A stretch of DNA of 64,000 nt from an uncultured delta proteobacterium. Lineage in GTDB: Bacteria > Myxococcota_A > Polyangia > Polyangiales > Polyangiaceae. Made by a program: the position numbers and the translations under genes. The stretch lies in the NCBI GenBank assembly GCA_963696385.1, contig CAVOKF010000007.1:480001-544000 (forward strand), written 5' to 3'. The first letter of the stretch is position 1, and each line of letters begins with the position of its first letter. This document shows positions 28,655 through 38,287 of this stretch, one piece after another. The notes under the pieces were generated by a model, which was given only the letters and a program-made list of their open reading frames with translations, searched no databases and was not told the DNA's origin.

Positions 28655-30756
28655 CCACGCCGAGGGCCGCGACCAGGCCGTCGACGTCGCCCTTCGAAAA
28701 CAATCACGCGGACCCATGGGGCAAAGCGTTCGTTGACCTTCCCGAACTGAACGCGGGCGTCACCGATGCCATCGCGGGCGCGATCACCCAAGTTCGGAGC
28801 ACCTCGGGGCGCCGCGATGCCGAAGTTCGAACGACGAGTTTGCTGGTCCTCGGGCCCGCGGGGGCGGGCAAGACGCACTTGTTCGCGCGGCTGCGGCGCA
28901 AGCTCGGACCCAAAGCGGTTTTCGTGCATCTGCGACCGCTCGTCGGCACGGAGATGACGCCGCGGTACGTCCTCGGTCAAATCGTGCAGCAGCTTGGATA
29001 CGAAGTCGAGACCCGCGGCGGCGACCGCGGTCTCAAACAGCTCGAGGCGCTCGTTGGGTCCTCGCTCGCCCAGCTCGATGGGGTGTCGCCGGATTGGCCA
29101 AGAGCCTTTCTCGACGAGGTGATGGGGCTCGACGAGGGAGCACGCGCTCACAAGCTCGAGTGGGCGGTCGAGAGGCTGCTCGAGCGACACAGGGAAGCGG
29201 ACGAAACCTATCTGACTCGGCTTCTCCACGCCCCGTTTCTGAAACCGGCGCAGCAACGCGCTGCGCTGGCGTGGCTCTCTGGGCGAGACCTCGAGGAGCA
29301 GCAGATGCAGCGCCTCGGAGTCGCCGGAGGCCTGCCGGAGGAGCGCATCCTCCAGGCGCTGCAGACGCTCGGGCTTTTCGCTGCCCCGGGGTCTCCGATC
29401 GTGCTGGTCTTCGACCAGCTCGAAAATCTCATGGACGCCGAAGCGACAGGCTCGCGCGTGCGCGCGTATGCGAATCTCGTCGCCGAGCTGTTCGATGCGA
29501 CGCGCGGGTTCGTGCTCGTCCAGATGGCACTCGACAGCGAATGGGAGCATGCGATTCGTCCGCAGCTCAGCGAAGCGCAGAAGTCGCGCCTCGGGGGGCA
29601 TGCAATCCCCATCGCGCTGCCGACGCCGAGTCAGGCACGCGAACTCGTGCGCCGTTGGGTCGAGGGTCTGCCGGACCGGCCGCAGCCCTTTCCCTGGCCG
29701 TTCGGCGAAGAACGCGTTGAGCATTGGTCGCGGACCGCGGGCATGACCCCGCGTATGCTCATGATCGAGTGCCGGCAAGCGCTCGCCCTGGGGCCCGACG
29801 CACCCTTCGACGTGCCGGTCGCGGACGCGCAGCCGCCCACCGACGCGGTTCTCCGGAGCGTCGATCCGGACAACGACGACGCGGCGCTGAGGGCGGCTTG
29901 GGAGAGCCATCTCGCCGCGGCCCGGGGGGCACTCGACGAGGCGGCGGCCGATCGCCGGAGTGCGGATCCGGCGCGCCTGGTGGGCGGCATGGCGTCCTGT
30001 CTGCACTTTCTCAAGGACGCGCAGGCGAAGCGCGTCGATGCGCGGCAGCCCGTGCAGATCGTTGCGCGCGTAGGCGCGAGAGTCTGCTTCGTGGCGTTTG
30101 TCCATCAAACTCATCCGCGGTCGGTGGTGACCGCACTCGACCGCGCCTCCGACAGTCTGTCTCAAGGCACTGCGATCGCCGTCCGCGAGCGCGCCCTCGA
30201 ATTCGCGCCGACGTGGAAAAAGGTACACGCCAGTCTGGCGGTGCTTCGCGAGAGGGGACTGCAGTGGATTTCTCTGGAGAGAGACGATGCAGCGCGGCTG
30301 CTGGCGCTCGAGAGTTTCCTCGCCTCGGCCAAGTCGAAGGACCTGGAGGATGGTGCCGGACGGATCTTCGAGGAAGCGGAGGTGCGCGGCTGGATGGACC
30401 GCACGCTCGGGGTGACGAGTTGGCCGGTGGCTCGAGCCCTCGCGGGAGCGCGGGTAGAACGGGAGTGGGAGGGAGACGACGGCGCGGCGGAGCGGCGCTC
30501 CGAGCCCGTCCAAACGGGCAGCGCCCCTTCGAAAGGGCGGAGCGGAGAGATCGTCGCCGCGGAGACAGCGACCACCATCCGGGCGTGCCTCACGCAGCTG
30601 CGGATCGCGTCGCTCGAGCGGCTCGTGCGTGAGGTCGCGCGGGTGAAGTCGGCGGCTTCGCGGGCTGAGGTCGTGAGCGCGCTCGAAGCGATGCCCGGAC
30701 AGGTCCGCTGGTTCGGACGCGCGATTGTGGCCATCCGCGAGCAGGAGCCGCGATGA
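28651..30756 (+). CDS. AAA+ / P-loop ATPase with C-terminal extra domains (gene 2 of operon)
   Basis: GTG at 28651; Walker A GPAGAGKT (28852-28875), Walker B IVLVFDQLE, KSRL and TPRMLM arginine motifs; 701 aa. Confidence 0.85.
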   Translation: MTTPRAATRPSTSPFENNHADPWGKAFVDLPELNAGVTDAIAGAITQVRSTSGRRDAEVRTTSLLVLGPAGAGKTHLFARLRRKLGPKAVFVHLRPLVGTEMTPRYVLGQIVQQLGYEVETRGGDRGLKQLEALVGSSLAQLDGVSPDWPRAFLDEVMGLDEGARAHKLEWAVERLLERHREADETYLTRLLHAPFLKPAQQRAALAWLSGRDLEEQQMQRLGVAGGLPEERILQALQTLGLFAAPGSPIVLVFDQLENLMDAEATGSRVRAYANLVAELFDATRGFVLVQMALDSEWEHAIRPQLSEAQKSRLGGHAIPIALPTPSQARELVRRWVEGLPDRPQPFPWPFGEERVEHWSRTAGMTPRMLMIECRQALALGPDAPFDVPVADAQPPTDAVLRSVDPDNDDAALRAAWESHLAAARGALDEAAADRRSADPARLVGGMASCLHFLKDAQAKRVDARQPVQIVARVGARVCFVAFVHQTHPRSVVTALDRASDSLSQGTAIAVRERALEFAPTWKKVHASLAVLRERGLQWISLERDDAARLLALESFLASAKSKDLEDGAGRIFEEAEVRGWMDRTLGVTSWPVARALAGARVEREWEGDDGAAERRSEPVQTGSAPSKGRSGEIVAAETATTIRACLTQLRIASLERLVREVARVKSAASRAEVVSALEAMPGQVRWFGRAIVAIREQEPR

Positions 30757-32732
30757 GCCCATTTTCCGTCACCGAGGTTCGCAATGCGCTGCGCTGCCCG
30801 CGGATCTTCGCGCTCGGCAGGATGAAGAACCGAGCGGTCGCGTTTCCCATCGGGTCGTCGTGTCTCGGCGCCTCGTTTCATCGGATCGTCGACCGGTTCG
30901 CGCGAACCGTCGAGACCCCTCCTCTGCGCGTGGCCGGGCTCGAAGAGGGAGCCCCGCTCGACGCGATCGAAGCGGAGCTTCGGGCGTGGGTCCTCGGACT
31001 GCTTGCCGACGAGCTCGACGCGGATGCGACCCTCGCCACCATGCCCGGCGAAGTCGACGATCTCGCTCAGGCGCTTCGTGAACTTGCGCGTCACTTGGCT
31101 GCGCGGTTGCGGCGCTTTCCTGGGCGGCCTTCCGACGCGCTCCGCAAGGTCCTGCGAGACAGCGAGCGCCCGATCGAGGCGGTCGTCGAGGAGGGGATCC
31201 TGCTGCGCGGCACCATGGACGCGCTCTATGGCGAACCCGACGGCTCCCTCGAAGTCATCGAGTACAAACTGACCGACGACGCCAATGACGGGCTCGATCG
31301 CGCGCAGGCGGCGCTCTATGGCCACTTGATCGAGCTATCGACGGGAATGGCACCAAAGCCGGTGGTCCTTCGGTTCATGCCGATGCTACGCGAAACCGCG
31401 ATTTCGAAGGTCGAAGCGGACGACCTCGTCCGCCGAACGGTCCTGCCGGTCGTACGGGACATGGTTCGGTGGGTGGACGAGCCGGGCACGGCACCGGCCG
31501 CCGAGCGGCGCGATCTTTGTCCCGTGTGCCCGCTCGCCGAAGCCTGCGCGGAGGCCTATCCGGATCGCGTCGGGCCGCGAGACGACCCGCCTGCGGCCGC
31601 AGCGCGGCCTCGCGTGGATGCCGCCGGGGCCATCGGGCCGGCCGTGACCTCTCCCATCCTCAGCGCATCGTCCTTTGACGAGGACGGCCGAAAACAGGCC
31701 AATCGCCTGCGCGACAGCATCCTCGCCGAGCTTCGCAAACATGGCATCAATGCGATGTGCCCTCGTCCGCCGGTCGTGGGTCCAACGCTGTTCGAGGTCG
31801 AGGTCACACGGGCACGCGGATCGGTCAAGGCCCTCGATCAGATGGCCGAGGACGTGAAGCACCGGCTCGCGAGCGAGGACGGCACGGAGGCGTCCTACGA
31901 ACAACGAGCCGGAAGGCGGCTGTTTGTCGTCCGACGACCCGTGCCGCGCAAGGTGCTGCTCTCGCCGCTGCTCGCCGAAGCTCACGACTACCTCGCCGGG
32001 CAGCCGGGCCGCTTCGTCGTCGGCCAGCGCCCGACGGGCGAGGTCCTATGCGGCGACCTGTCGGACGCGAGCACGCCCCATCTGCTCGTCGGCGGGACGA
32101 CGGGCAGCGGCAAGTCCGTTCTTCTTTGCAGTCTCATCGCGAGTCTCGTCCATTGTCATGGACCGTCCGCGATCCGCTTCATCCTCATCGACCCGAAACG
32201 GGTCACATTCAACCTGCCGTCCTTCCAATCGGCGGTCGGTGCGCACCTGGATGGGCCGATTGGCCACGACGCGGACGAAGCGATCCCGATTATCGAGCGG
32301 CTCGTCGATGTGATGGAGGAACGCTACCGCCTCTTCGAGCAGGCGCACGTGAGCGACATCCGCGAGTACAACGAGAGCCGGATCCCGGGGGAATGCCTCG
32401 AGCGAAAGATCGTGGTGATGGACGAGTTCCAGGATCTGACCGCGGAGAAATCCACCGCGACACCGTTCTTCGCCGGCGTAAAGCGCCTCGGCGCAAAAGC
32501 ACGGGCGGCGGGGGTGCACCTCATTCTCGCCACCCAGCGCCCGGACAAGGATGTCGTCCCTCCCCTGCTGAGGACCAACCTCGCCGGCAAGATCGCCCTC
32601 CGCGTGGCGACGGCAACGAACTCACGGATCATCCTCGACGAAGGAGGAGCGGAGCGCCTGCTCGGCAAGGGAGACCTTCTGGCGAATCTCGGCCACGGCC
32701 TCGTTCGCGCCCAGGCGCCGCTCGTCGGGTGA
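30753..32732 (+). CDS. Cas4/AddB-like Fe-S PD-(D/E)XK nuclease fused to FtsK/SpoIIIE ATPase (gene 3 of operon)
   Basis: RCPR...LRGTMD...VIEYK...QAALY...CPVCPLAEAC, then PHLLVGGTTGSGKS, LIDPK, VMDEFQDL, LILATQRP, GAERLLGKGD; no TM segments; ATGA overlap. Confidence 0.9.
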   Translation: MSPFSVTEVRNALRCPRIFALGRMKNRAVAFPIGSSCLGASFHRIVDRFARTVETPPLRVAGLEEGAPLDAIEAELRAWVLGLLADELDADATLATMPGEVDDLAQALRELARHLAARLRRFPGRPSDALRKVLRDSERPIEAVVEEGILLRGTMDALYGEPDGSLEVIEYKLTDDANDGLDRAQAALYGHLIELSTGMAPKPVVLRFMPMLRETAISKVEADDLVRRTVLPVVRDMVRWVDEPGTAPAAERRDLCPVCPLAEACAEAYPDRVGPRDDPPAAAARPRVDAAGAIGPAVTSPILSASSFDEDGRKQANRLRDSILAELRKHGINAMCPRPPVVGPTLFEVEVTRARGSVKALDQMAEDVKHRLASEDGTEASYEQRAGRRLFVVRRPVPRKVLLSPLLAEAHDYLAGQPGRFVVGQRPTGEVLCGDLSDASTPHLLVGGTTGSGKSVLLCSLIASLVHCHGPSAIRFILIDPKRVTFNLPSFQSAVGAHLDGPIGHDADEAIPIIERLVDVMEERYRLFEQAHVSDIREYNESRIPGECLERKIVVMDEFQDLTAEKSTATPFFAGVKRLGAKARAAGVHLILATQRPDKDVVPPLLRTNLAGKIALRVATATNSRIILDEGGAERLLGKGDLLANLGHGLVRAQAPLVG

Positions 32733-32880
32733 CGGCCGCGATCCCAGAGTCGCAAGTAGGCGGTGTCGCCCGGAGGGGTGACCTCGACTTCGACAGGTGC
32801 TCGCGGACGCGCTGGGGGAGCACCGGGGGCGAAGCGGCTGCGAGATCTCCTCGAGAGCCGTCGGTGAAGCTCGTTTCGGC

Positions 32881-33477
32881 TCAGGCGCGCGCCCGGGCTT
32901 CGACGGCTGAGCATTGACCAGCCCGCACATGCAGGACCCGGGCCTCGACCTGACGCACCAACTCGACGTCGTGCGTCGCGAGGAGCACCGTCGACTCTCG
33001 CAGCCTTCGGACGACCGCGTCGCGCGTCTCCGCGTCGAGGGCGTTGGTGGGCTCGTCGAGCACGAGCAGCGCCGGGGTGCCGAGCAGCGCAGCGCAAAGC
33101 GACACCCGCTGGCGCTGCCCGGTCGACAGCGCCGAGATCCGCCTGCCCAGCAGCGCTTCGACGCCGAGCCCTTCGACCTCGGGAGATCCGACGCCTTGCA
33201 GGGATGCGACCACGTCAAGCCACTCTGAGACGAGCAGGTGGTCCGGGATGTCCGGCTTCTCCGGCGCGTACCCCACCGACGCCGGCCGGACGACCCTCCC
33301 GGAGTTGGGGTCGATCACGCCAGCCGCGATGGCGAGGAGCGTCGACTTGCCGGACCCGTTGTCGCCGAGCAACGCCACGCGCTCTCCGGCGAACACCGTC
33401 AGCGAGATCTCGTGCACAGCCCGCTTGGTGCCGAAGTACTTCGTCACGCGATCGAGCGAAAGGACCGGCGCTACCAC
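32881..33477 (-). CDS. ABC transporter ATP-binding protein
   Basis: GDNGSGKS, LSTGQRQR, LVLDEPTNALD, ATH; GTG overlaps the upstream stop. Confidence 0.9.
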   Translation of the reverse strand: MVAPVLSLDRVTKYFGTKRAVHEISLTVFAGERVALLGDNGSGKSTLLAIAAGVIDPNSGRVVRPASVGYAPEKPDIPDHLLVSEWLDVVASLQGVGSPEVEGLGVEALLGRRISALSTGQRQRVSLCAALLGTPALLVLDEPTNALDAETRDAVVRRLRESTVLLATHDVELVRQVEARVLHVRAGQCSAVEARARA

Positions 33478-34619
33478 GCGACACCGACGCCCGTCGCCAG
33501 CGCCGCGACCACGACCACCCCGACGACGAACAGCGTCGGGCTGCGTCGCGTGCGGCGATCGTGCCAACGCGCCCATCCGGCTGTCGCACAAGCGATGGGC
33601 ACGGCCCAGACCCCTGCGGCCCCGCCGAGTGGCAACGCAGGTACGTGCGCGAGGACGCCCGCGATCGCTCCCGCCGTGGCCGCGAAGGCGGACGACGGTA
33701 CCGCCAGCGCGAGGGCGAACGCCGCGAGCAACGTCGTCCAGCGTGTACGCGTCACGCGGGCGAGGGCGCGCACGCGGTCTTCCGTCTCGCGCACCGGCCC
33801 GACGAGGACTGCAGCGCAGAGCGTGAGCGGAAGGGCCAGGACGGCGAGGGCCCGGGCGACTGGCCGCGCCGGAGGATCGTTCACGAGCGACAACCCCAAA
33901 GCCGCCGTTCCCAGCGCCACGCTCCCCAGGGCGAGCGCCACTCGGGCTCGCGCGACCCGCACCATGCGAAGCAGGTGAACGATGGCAAGGACGAGCACTG
34001 GCGAGGTCACGCGCGTTGCGCGAACGTCCCGAGCGGTTGCGTCGAGCGCTACATTCCAAGCGGAGGCGACTCCTGCGACCGCGAGGACTGCGGCGGGGAC
34101 GACGGTCAGCATCGGGCGTGCGTCTACGACGACGAGCACCAGCGCTCCGAGCGCGAACACCACCGCGGGGGGCCGGCGTGTGGCAGCGACGACGGAAGCC
34201 TGCGCGGCGACTGCGAACGCCATCGCGACAAGCGCGCTGATTGCCCCTTCGGCCCTCGCGAAGAGGAGTCCGTACGGGGCCTGCGCCAGAAGCAGCAGCG
34301 CCGCAAGCGCCGCGACCCAAGCCCTACGGGGGACGGTCAAGGTCCGCAGCGTCCGCGTTCCCGGCGCATCGAAGGCCCCGGAGACGACGGGCGTCGCGAG
34401 CAGGCACCACCCGACCGTCAGCAGCAGGCGTGCGCCCAGGCTGGAATGGAACAGACGGGTGACATCGCGCGCGTGGATGCCGTTACCGGCGAAGAGAATC
34501 GTGGCGACGATGCCCACCGCGCTCCAGAGGGCCAGCGCCCGCAGCAGCACGGGCCAACCCGCCGTCACGAGCAGCGCGCGGAAGACGTGGCGGGCCTTAG
34601 GCGCCATCGCGACGAGCAT
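33471..34619 (-). CDS. Polytopic membrane protein, putative ABC permease
   Basis: Many Ala/Leu/Val-rich TM segments; coupled to the ABC ATPase. Confidence 0.7.
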   Translation of the reverse strand: MLVAMAPKARHVFRALLVTAGWPVLLRALALWSAVGIVATILFAGNGIHARDVTRLFHSSLGARLLLTVGWCLLATPVVSGAFDAPGTRTLRTLTVPRRAWVAALAALLLLAQAPYGLLFARAEGAISALVAMAFAVAAQASVVAATRRPPAVVFALGALVLVVVDARPMLTVVPAAVLAVAGVASAWNVALDATARDVRATRVTSPVLVLAIVHLLRMVRVARARVALALGSVALGTAALGLSLVNDPPARPVARALAVLALPLTLCAAVLVGPVRETEDRVRALARVTRTRWTTLLAAFALALAVPSSAFAATAGAIAGVLAHVPALPLGGAAGVWAVPIACATAGWARWHDRRTRRSPTLFVVGVVVVAALATGVGVAW

Positions 34620-34640
34620 AACGCCAAGATGGCACGAGGT

Positions 34641-34731
34641 CCCCGACCCCGACCTTACCTCGACCTTACCCCGACCCCGACCTTACCCAACCCCGACCCC
34701 GACCTACCTCGACCTCGACCCCGACCCCGAC
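34641..34731. repeat. Degenerate hexamer tandem repeat (CCCCGA/CCTCGA/CCTTA)n
   Basis: About 90 bp of intergenic sequence built from CCCCGA variants; short copy at about 19612-19629. Confidence 0.9.
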
Positions 34732-35510
34732 TATCGCACCCGCCCACGCCCACGCGAGAAGAGGCTCAAGACGAAGCAGGCACCCGCGAACAGGACGACC
34801 AGAGGGCCGGCCTCACGATGCAGGAGGTGCGCGGCGTACGTCCCGGCGAGCGTCGTGAACACGGAGACGGCCACCGCAATGGTGAGCATACTGTTCAAGT
34901 TGCCTGCGAGCCGCTTCGCGGTGGCGGCCGGGATGATCGCCAGCGAGCCGATGAGGAGCACGCCCAGGTAGCGAAGGCCGAGCGCAATCGTGAGGGCAAA
35001 GACGATGAGAAAGTGCAGGTTGAGCCGAGCCACGTCAATGCCGGCCGTGCGCGCCATCTCGGGGGAGATCAACGCGAGGACCAGCCGGTGGCGCTCGTAC
35101 AGCACGAACGCCACGACGACGGTGGCCACGACGAGGCCCGCGACCGTCTCGGCCATCGTGAAGCTGCCGGAGCCACCGAAGAGCGCCTCGATGAGCTCGT
35201 CGCCACTGGCCAGCAGACTGCCGGCCGCGAGCGCCATGGAGAAGACGACGCCGATGACCGTTTCGGTGGACAGGCGCGTTCGCTGCTCCAGGGTCCAGAC
35301 GATCAGCGCGCCGAGCAGCAAGGCGGCGAGCCCGCCGAGCATGGCATGGACGTGCAGCAGGACCGCCACGCCGATGCCAGGCAAAGCGATGTGCGAGATG
35401 GCGTCGGCCGCGAGCGTCATCCTTCGCATCACGGCGAAGCAGCCGACGAGACCAGCGGCGACCCCCGTGCCGATTGCGACGACCACCCCGCTAGCTTCGA
35501 GGCCAGTCAT
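34731..35510 (-). CDS. Metal (Zn/Mn) ABC transporter permease, ZnuB/ABC-3 family
   Basis: VMRRMTLAADAISHIALPGI, LGVLLIGSL.IIPAATA. Confidence 0.9.
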   Translation of the reverse strand: MTGLEASGVVVAIGTGVAAGLVGCFAVMRRMTLAADAISHIALPGIGVAVLLHVHAMLGGLAALLLGALIVWTLEQRTRLSTETVIGVVFSMALAAGSLLASGDELIEALFGGSGSFTMAETVAGLVVATVVVAFVLYERHRLVLALISPEMARTAGIDVARLNLHFLIVFALTIALGLRYLGVLLIGSLAIIPAATAKRLAGNLNSMLTIAVAVSVFTTLAGTYAAHLLHREAGPLVVLFAGACFVLSLFSRGRGRVR

Positions 35511-36264
35511 GGACGTGGTAGCCCACGGGCGCGCCGTAGACCTGCTCCAGCATGGCGGGGGTGAGCACGCTCGCGGGCGCGCCGAGACATGGGCTGCCGC
35601 CGTGCGCCAGGCAGAGCACATTCGACGCGTAGCGATAGACGACGCTGAGGTCGTGCGAGATGAACAGGACCGTCATGCCCCGCTCGCGGCAGAGACGTTC
35701 GATCGTCGCGTTCATGTTCTCCTGGCCGGGCTGGTCCACGCCGGCCGTGGGCTCGTCGAGCAGCAGGACGCTGGGTTCGCCGACCAAGGCCACGGCGACC
35801 AGCAGACGCTGGAACTGGCCTCCGGAGAGCGCACCGATAGGCTTCCGCAGGAGCGCGTCGGGAAAACCGACGGCGGCGGTGGCGCGGGCCACGTCGGCTC
35901 GCGGCACGCCCGTGACCGCCACTTTGGCCCGGAGGAAGTCTGCGGCGGTCACGGGGAGGTCCCGCTCGATGTCGAGCTTCTGCGGCACGTATCCGAGCCT
36001 CATGTCCTTGGCCCACCGGATCTGGCCCTCGAATGGAAGCGCACCCGTGAGCGCCTTGAAGAGCACTGTCTTCCCGGCCCCGTTCGGGCCGAGGATCGCC
36101 AGCGAGGTGGCTCGCGGCACGCTGAAGGACAGGTGATCGAGAACCGTGGTTTCGTCGAACCGTACGAATAGCCCCTCGACCTCGAGAGCACTGCTCGGAT
36201 CGCGGACTGCGTGCAGGATGTCGCGGCGCGCGGGGTGCCTGGAGGCCATGCGGGAGTCGCTCAA
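35491..36264 (-). CDS. Metal ABC transporter ATP-binding protein, ZnuC-like
   Basis: GPNGAGKT, GYVPQK, LSGGQFQR, LDEPTAGVD, ISHDL, His-containing tail; start may be 36249. Confidence 0.9.
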   Translation of the reverse strand: MSDSRMASRHPARRDILHAVRDPSSALEVEGLFVRFDETTVLDHLSFSVPRATSLAILGPNGAGKTVLFKALTGALPFEGQIRWAKDMRLGYVPQKLDIERDLPVTAADFLRAKVAVTGVPRADVARATAAVGFPDALLRKPIGALSGGQFQRLLVAVALVGEPSVLLLDEPTAGVDQPGQENMNATIERLCRERGMTVLFISHDLSVVYRYASNVLCLAHGGSPCLGAPASVLTPAMLEQVYGAPVGYHVHDWPRS

Positions 36265-36373
36265 GGTTTAGCCCCACTCCACGGGCTCCCAGAATGCTTC
36301 GGGCGCCGCATCGGGCACCCAAGCGGCTTCTGGCGAAGTTTGCAGAACGAATATACGTGTTTCTCCCGCGGAC

Positions 36374-37321
36374 CTATTGGGTGAGCGCGGTAAGCGACGA
36401 GACGCAGAAGCTGAAGGGCGTGGCGGTGGCCGAGCCCGGAATCTGGAATTCAATGATCGCGACCAGCGTGGGATCCCAGGTCTCGGCAGTCTCCCACGAG
36501 CCTTGGCCCAGGGGCGGAACCGAAGCAGGAACGGTGTTCAGACCAATCGTGTCGACCATGGCGAAGAAGACGTTGTCGTCGCCCTTCTTGCCATAGGCAA
36601 ACCGAATTCCACCGGCGGGAAGTGTTCCGGACAACATGAAGCTGAATCCCGTGACGCCGTTCTTTGTCAGATTGAATGGCTGTTGCCCGCCGGTGTCGTT
36701 CAGCTCGAACCCGATGCCGCCGTACGAGTTCGCGCTCGCGGCGAGAGTACCTTGCGTGCACATGTTGCCCCCGACGTTCGCGAAGCTGCCCGTGCCGGGA
36801 GATATGGTCGAGGCGGTATCGGCGTAGGTAAACCAGTTGCCGTTTATTCCCAAGGAGTTACTCGCGGCATCCACGTGGCCCGTCGCGTCCGGAGTAATCA
36901 GGACGCCAGTCCCGGTCACCGACGAGTCCCCCGGTCCCGAAGGAGTACCTGCGGCCGATCCGTCGCCACTGGCCGTGGCTGAAGAGCCCCCGCCGGAGGA
37001 GCCGGCCGCGGCCGAAGAGGCGCTGCTGGACGGAGAGCTGCTCGTCGAGGATCCGCCACTGGACGGAGAACTGCTGCTCGTCGAGGATCCGCCGCCGGAC
37101 GGAAAGCCGGCCACGGCCGAAGACCCGCCACTGGCGCTCGTCGAGGATCCGCCGCTGGCTGCGGAACTGCCAACGTCAGAGCCGGCGCTCGCGGCGGAAG
37201 TGCTGCCCAATCCCGCGTTTTCCGTGCCTGCCGTCGCACCGCCGCCCGGCCCCTGGGCGCAAGCCATCCATGGCCCAGCGGCGATTGCAACCAGTGAAAT
37301 GCCCGGCCGACCCAGCTTCAT
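36374..37321 (-). CDS. Secreted/lipoprotein with Ser/Gly linker and beta-sandwich carbohydrate-binding-like domain
   Basis: N-terminal hydrophobic stretch plus Cys; GGSSTSSS repeats; GINGNWFTYAD...PFSFCVSSL. Confidence 0.65.
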   Translation of the reverse strand: MKLGRPGISLVAIAAGPWMACAQGPGGGATAGTENAGLGSTSAASAGSDVGSSAASGGSSTSASGGSSAVAGFPSGGGSSTSSSSPSSGGSSTSSSPSSSASSAAAGSSGGGSSATASGDGSAAGTPSGPGDSSVTGTGVLITPDATGHVDAASNSLGINGNWFTYADTASTISPGTGSFANVGGNMCTQGTLAASANSYGGIGFELNDTGGQQPFNLTKNGVTGFSFMLSGTLPAGGIRFAYGKKGDDNVFFAMVDTIGLNTVPASVPPLGQGSWETAETWDPTLVAIIEFQIPGSATATPFSFCVSSLTALTQ

Positions 37322-37467
37322 GCGCGCGAAGACTACCGCGGCCGAGCGCCCAGCGGAAGCGCTTGCTCGAGGCGCTTGGTCCAGAACTGCTCTGGGTGGA
37401 CGGCGCCGCTCCGTCGATGGTGTCCGTTCGGCGCCGACGCGGGCCATGCGCGGACGGAGCGTGTCCG

Positions 37468-38046
37468 CTAATCGTCCAATCCGAGACCCTCGAGGATCCT
37501 CGGGATGTGCTTCTCCACCCGGGCGGCCCTGGTCGTCGACAGCTTTGGTTGGGAGAAATGGAAGATGTACGCTCGCTGCCGACCCGGCGTCAGCGCGGCG
37601 AAGGCCGCATGCAATTGGGCATTCGCGGCGAGCTTGGACTCAAACTCCGCGGGCAGCTCGATATCCTCGGTCTTTTTGAACTGCACCTTACGCCCGGCGC
37701 GCTCGATCGCGATCGCCTCGCGTACGAAGGCCTTCACCGTCTTCTCGAGCTTGGTCAGCTCTTGGAGGCTCGTGAACCGGATCTGCCGGGCGGCCTGCAC
37801 GTTCTTGGTCTGTTGAATGAGGACGCCCTTGGGGTCCTGGAGCAACGCGCCCTTGTGAAACAGGATGGCGCAATACTCTTTGAAGCCGTGGATGAGCGCG
37901 ACGTTCTTGCCGTCGAGCCCGTAGCATGGCTGGCCCCACTTCAGGTCTTCGGTCAGCCCGCTTTCGAGCAGGATTTCGCGCAGCTTCTCGAACTCCGCGC
38001 GCCACTTGTCCTGCCGCTTCAAAAATGCATCCACCTTGGGGTTCAT
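37468..38046 (-). CDS. YdeI/OmpD-associated (DUF1801 plus OmdA) protein
   Basis: AGGAGG RBS; LKWGQPCY, FHKGALL.DP, LTPGRQRAY. Confidence 0.92.
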   Translation of the reverse strand: MNPKVDAFLKRQDKWRAEFEKLREILLESGLTEDLKWGQPCYGLDGKNVALIHGFKEYCAILFHKGALLQDPKGVLIQQTKNVQAARQIRFTSLQELTKLEKTVKAFVREAIAIERAGRKVQFKKTEDIELPAEFESKLAANAQLHAAFAALTPGRQRAYIFHFSQPKLSTTRAARVEKHIPRILEGLGLDD

Positions 38047-38287
38047 CGGCGACCTCCTGTCCCGCGGTGCACGAGCTCCCTTGTACCGCAACGGCGCGCG
38101 CCATGACGAGGGCGGTGTTTGCTCCCAAGCGTCTCGTGCACCCCTTGGTGCAGGACGGGTGGCGAGAGCGCAAGCATCGCAGCGCTGCCCAAGGCAGCTG
38201 CGTCGCCAGCAACCATCGTGCTTGCGCACTGTTGATCCTCGGGCAGCGGCAACCCGGTTCTGCCTTCGAGAACAACCCCTTTTCTCG

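Noticed and set aside
30753..31560. Cas4-like domain as evidence of a CRISPR-Cas locus
   Set aside because: No array, cas1 or cas2 in the window; the domain is fused to FtsK
37020..37160. Repeated TCGTCGAGGATCCGCC units resembling a CRISPR array
   Set aside because: They encode GGSSTS linker repeats in a lipoprotein; spacing is irregular and there are no unique spacers or cas genes
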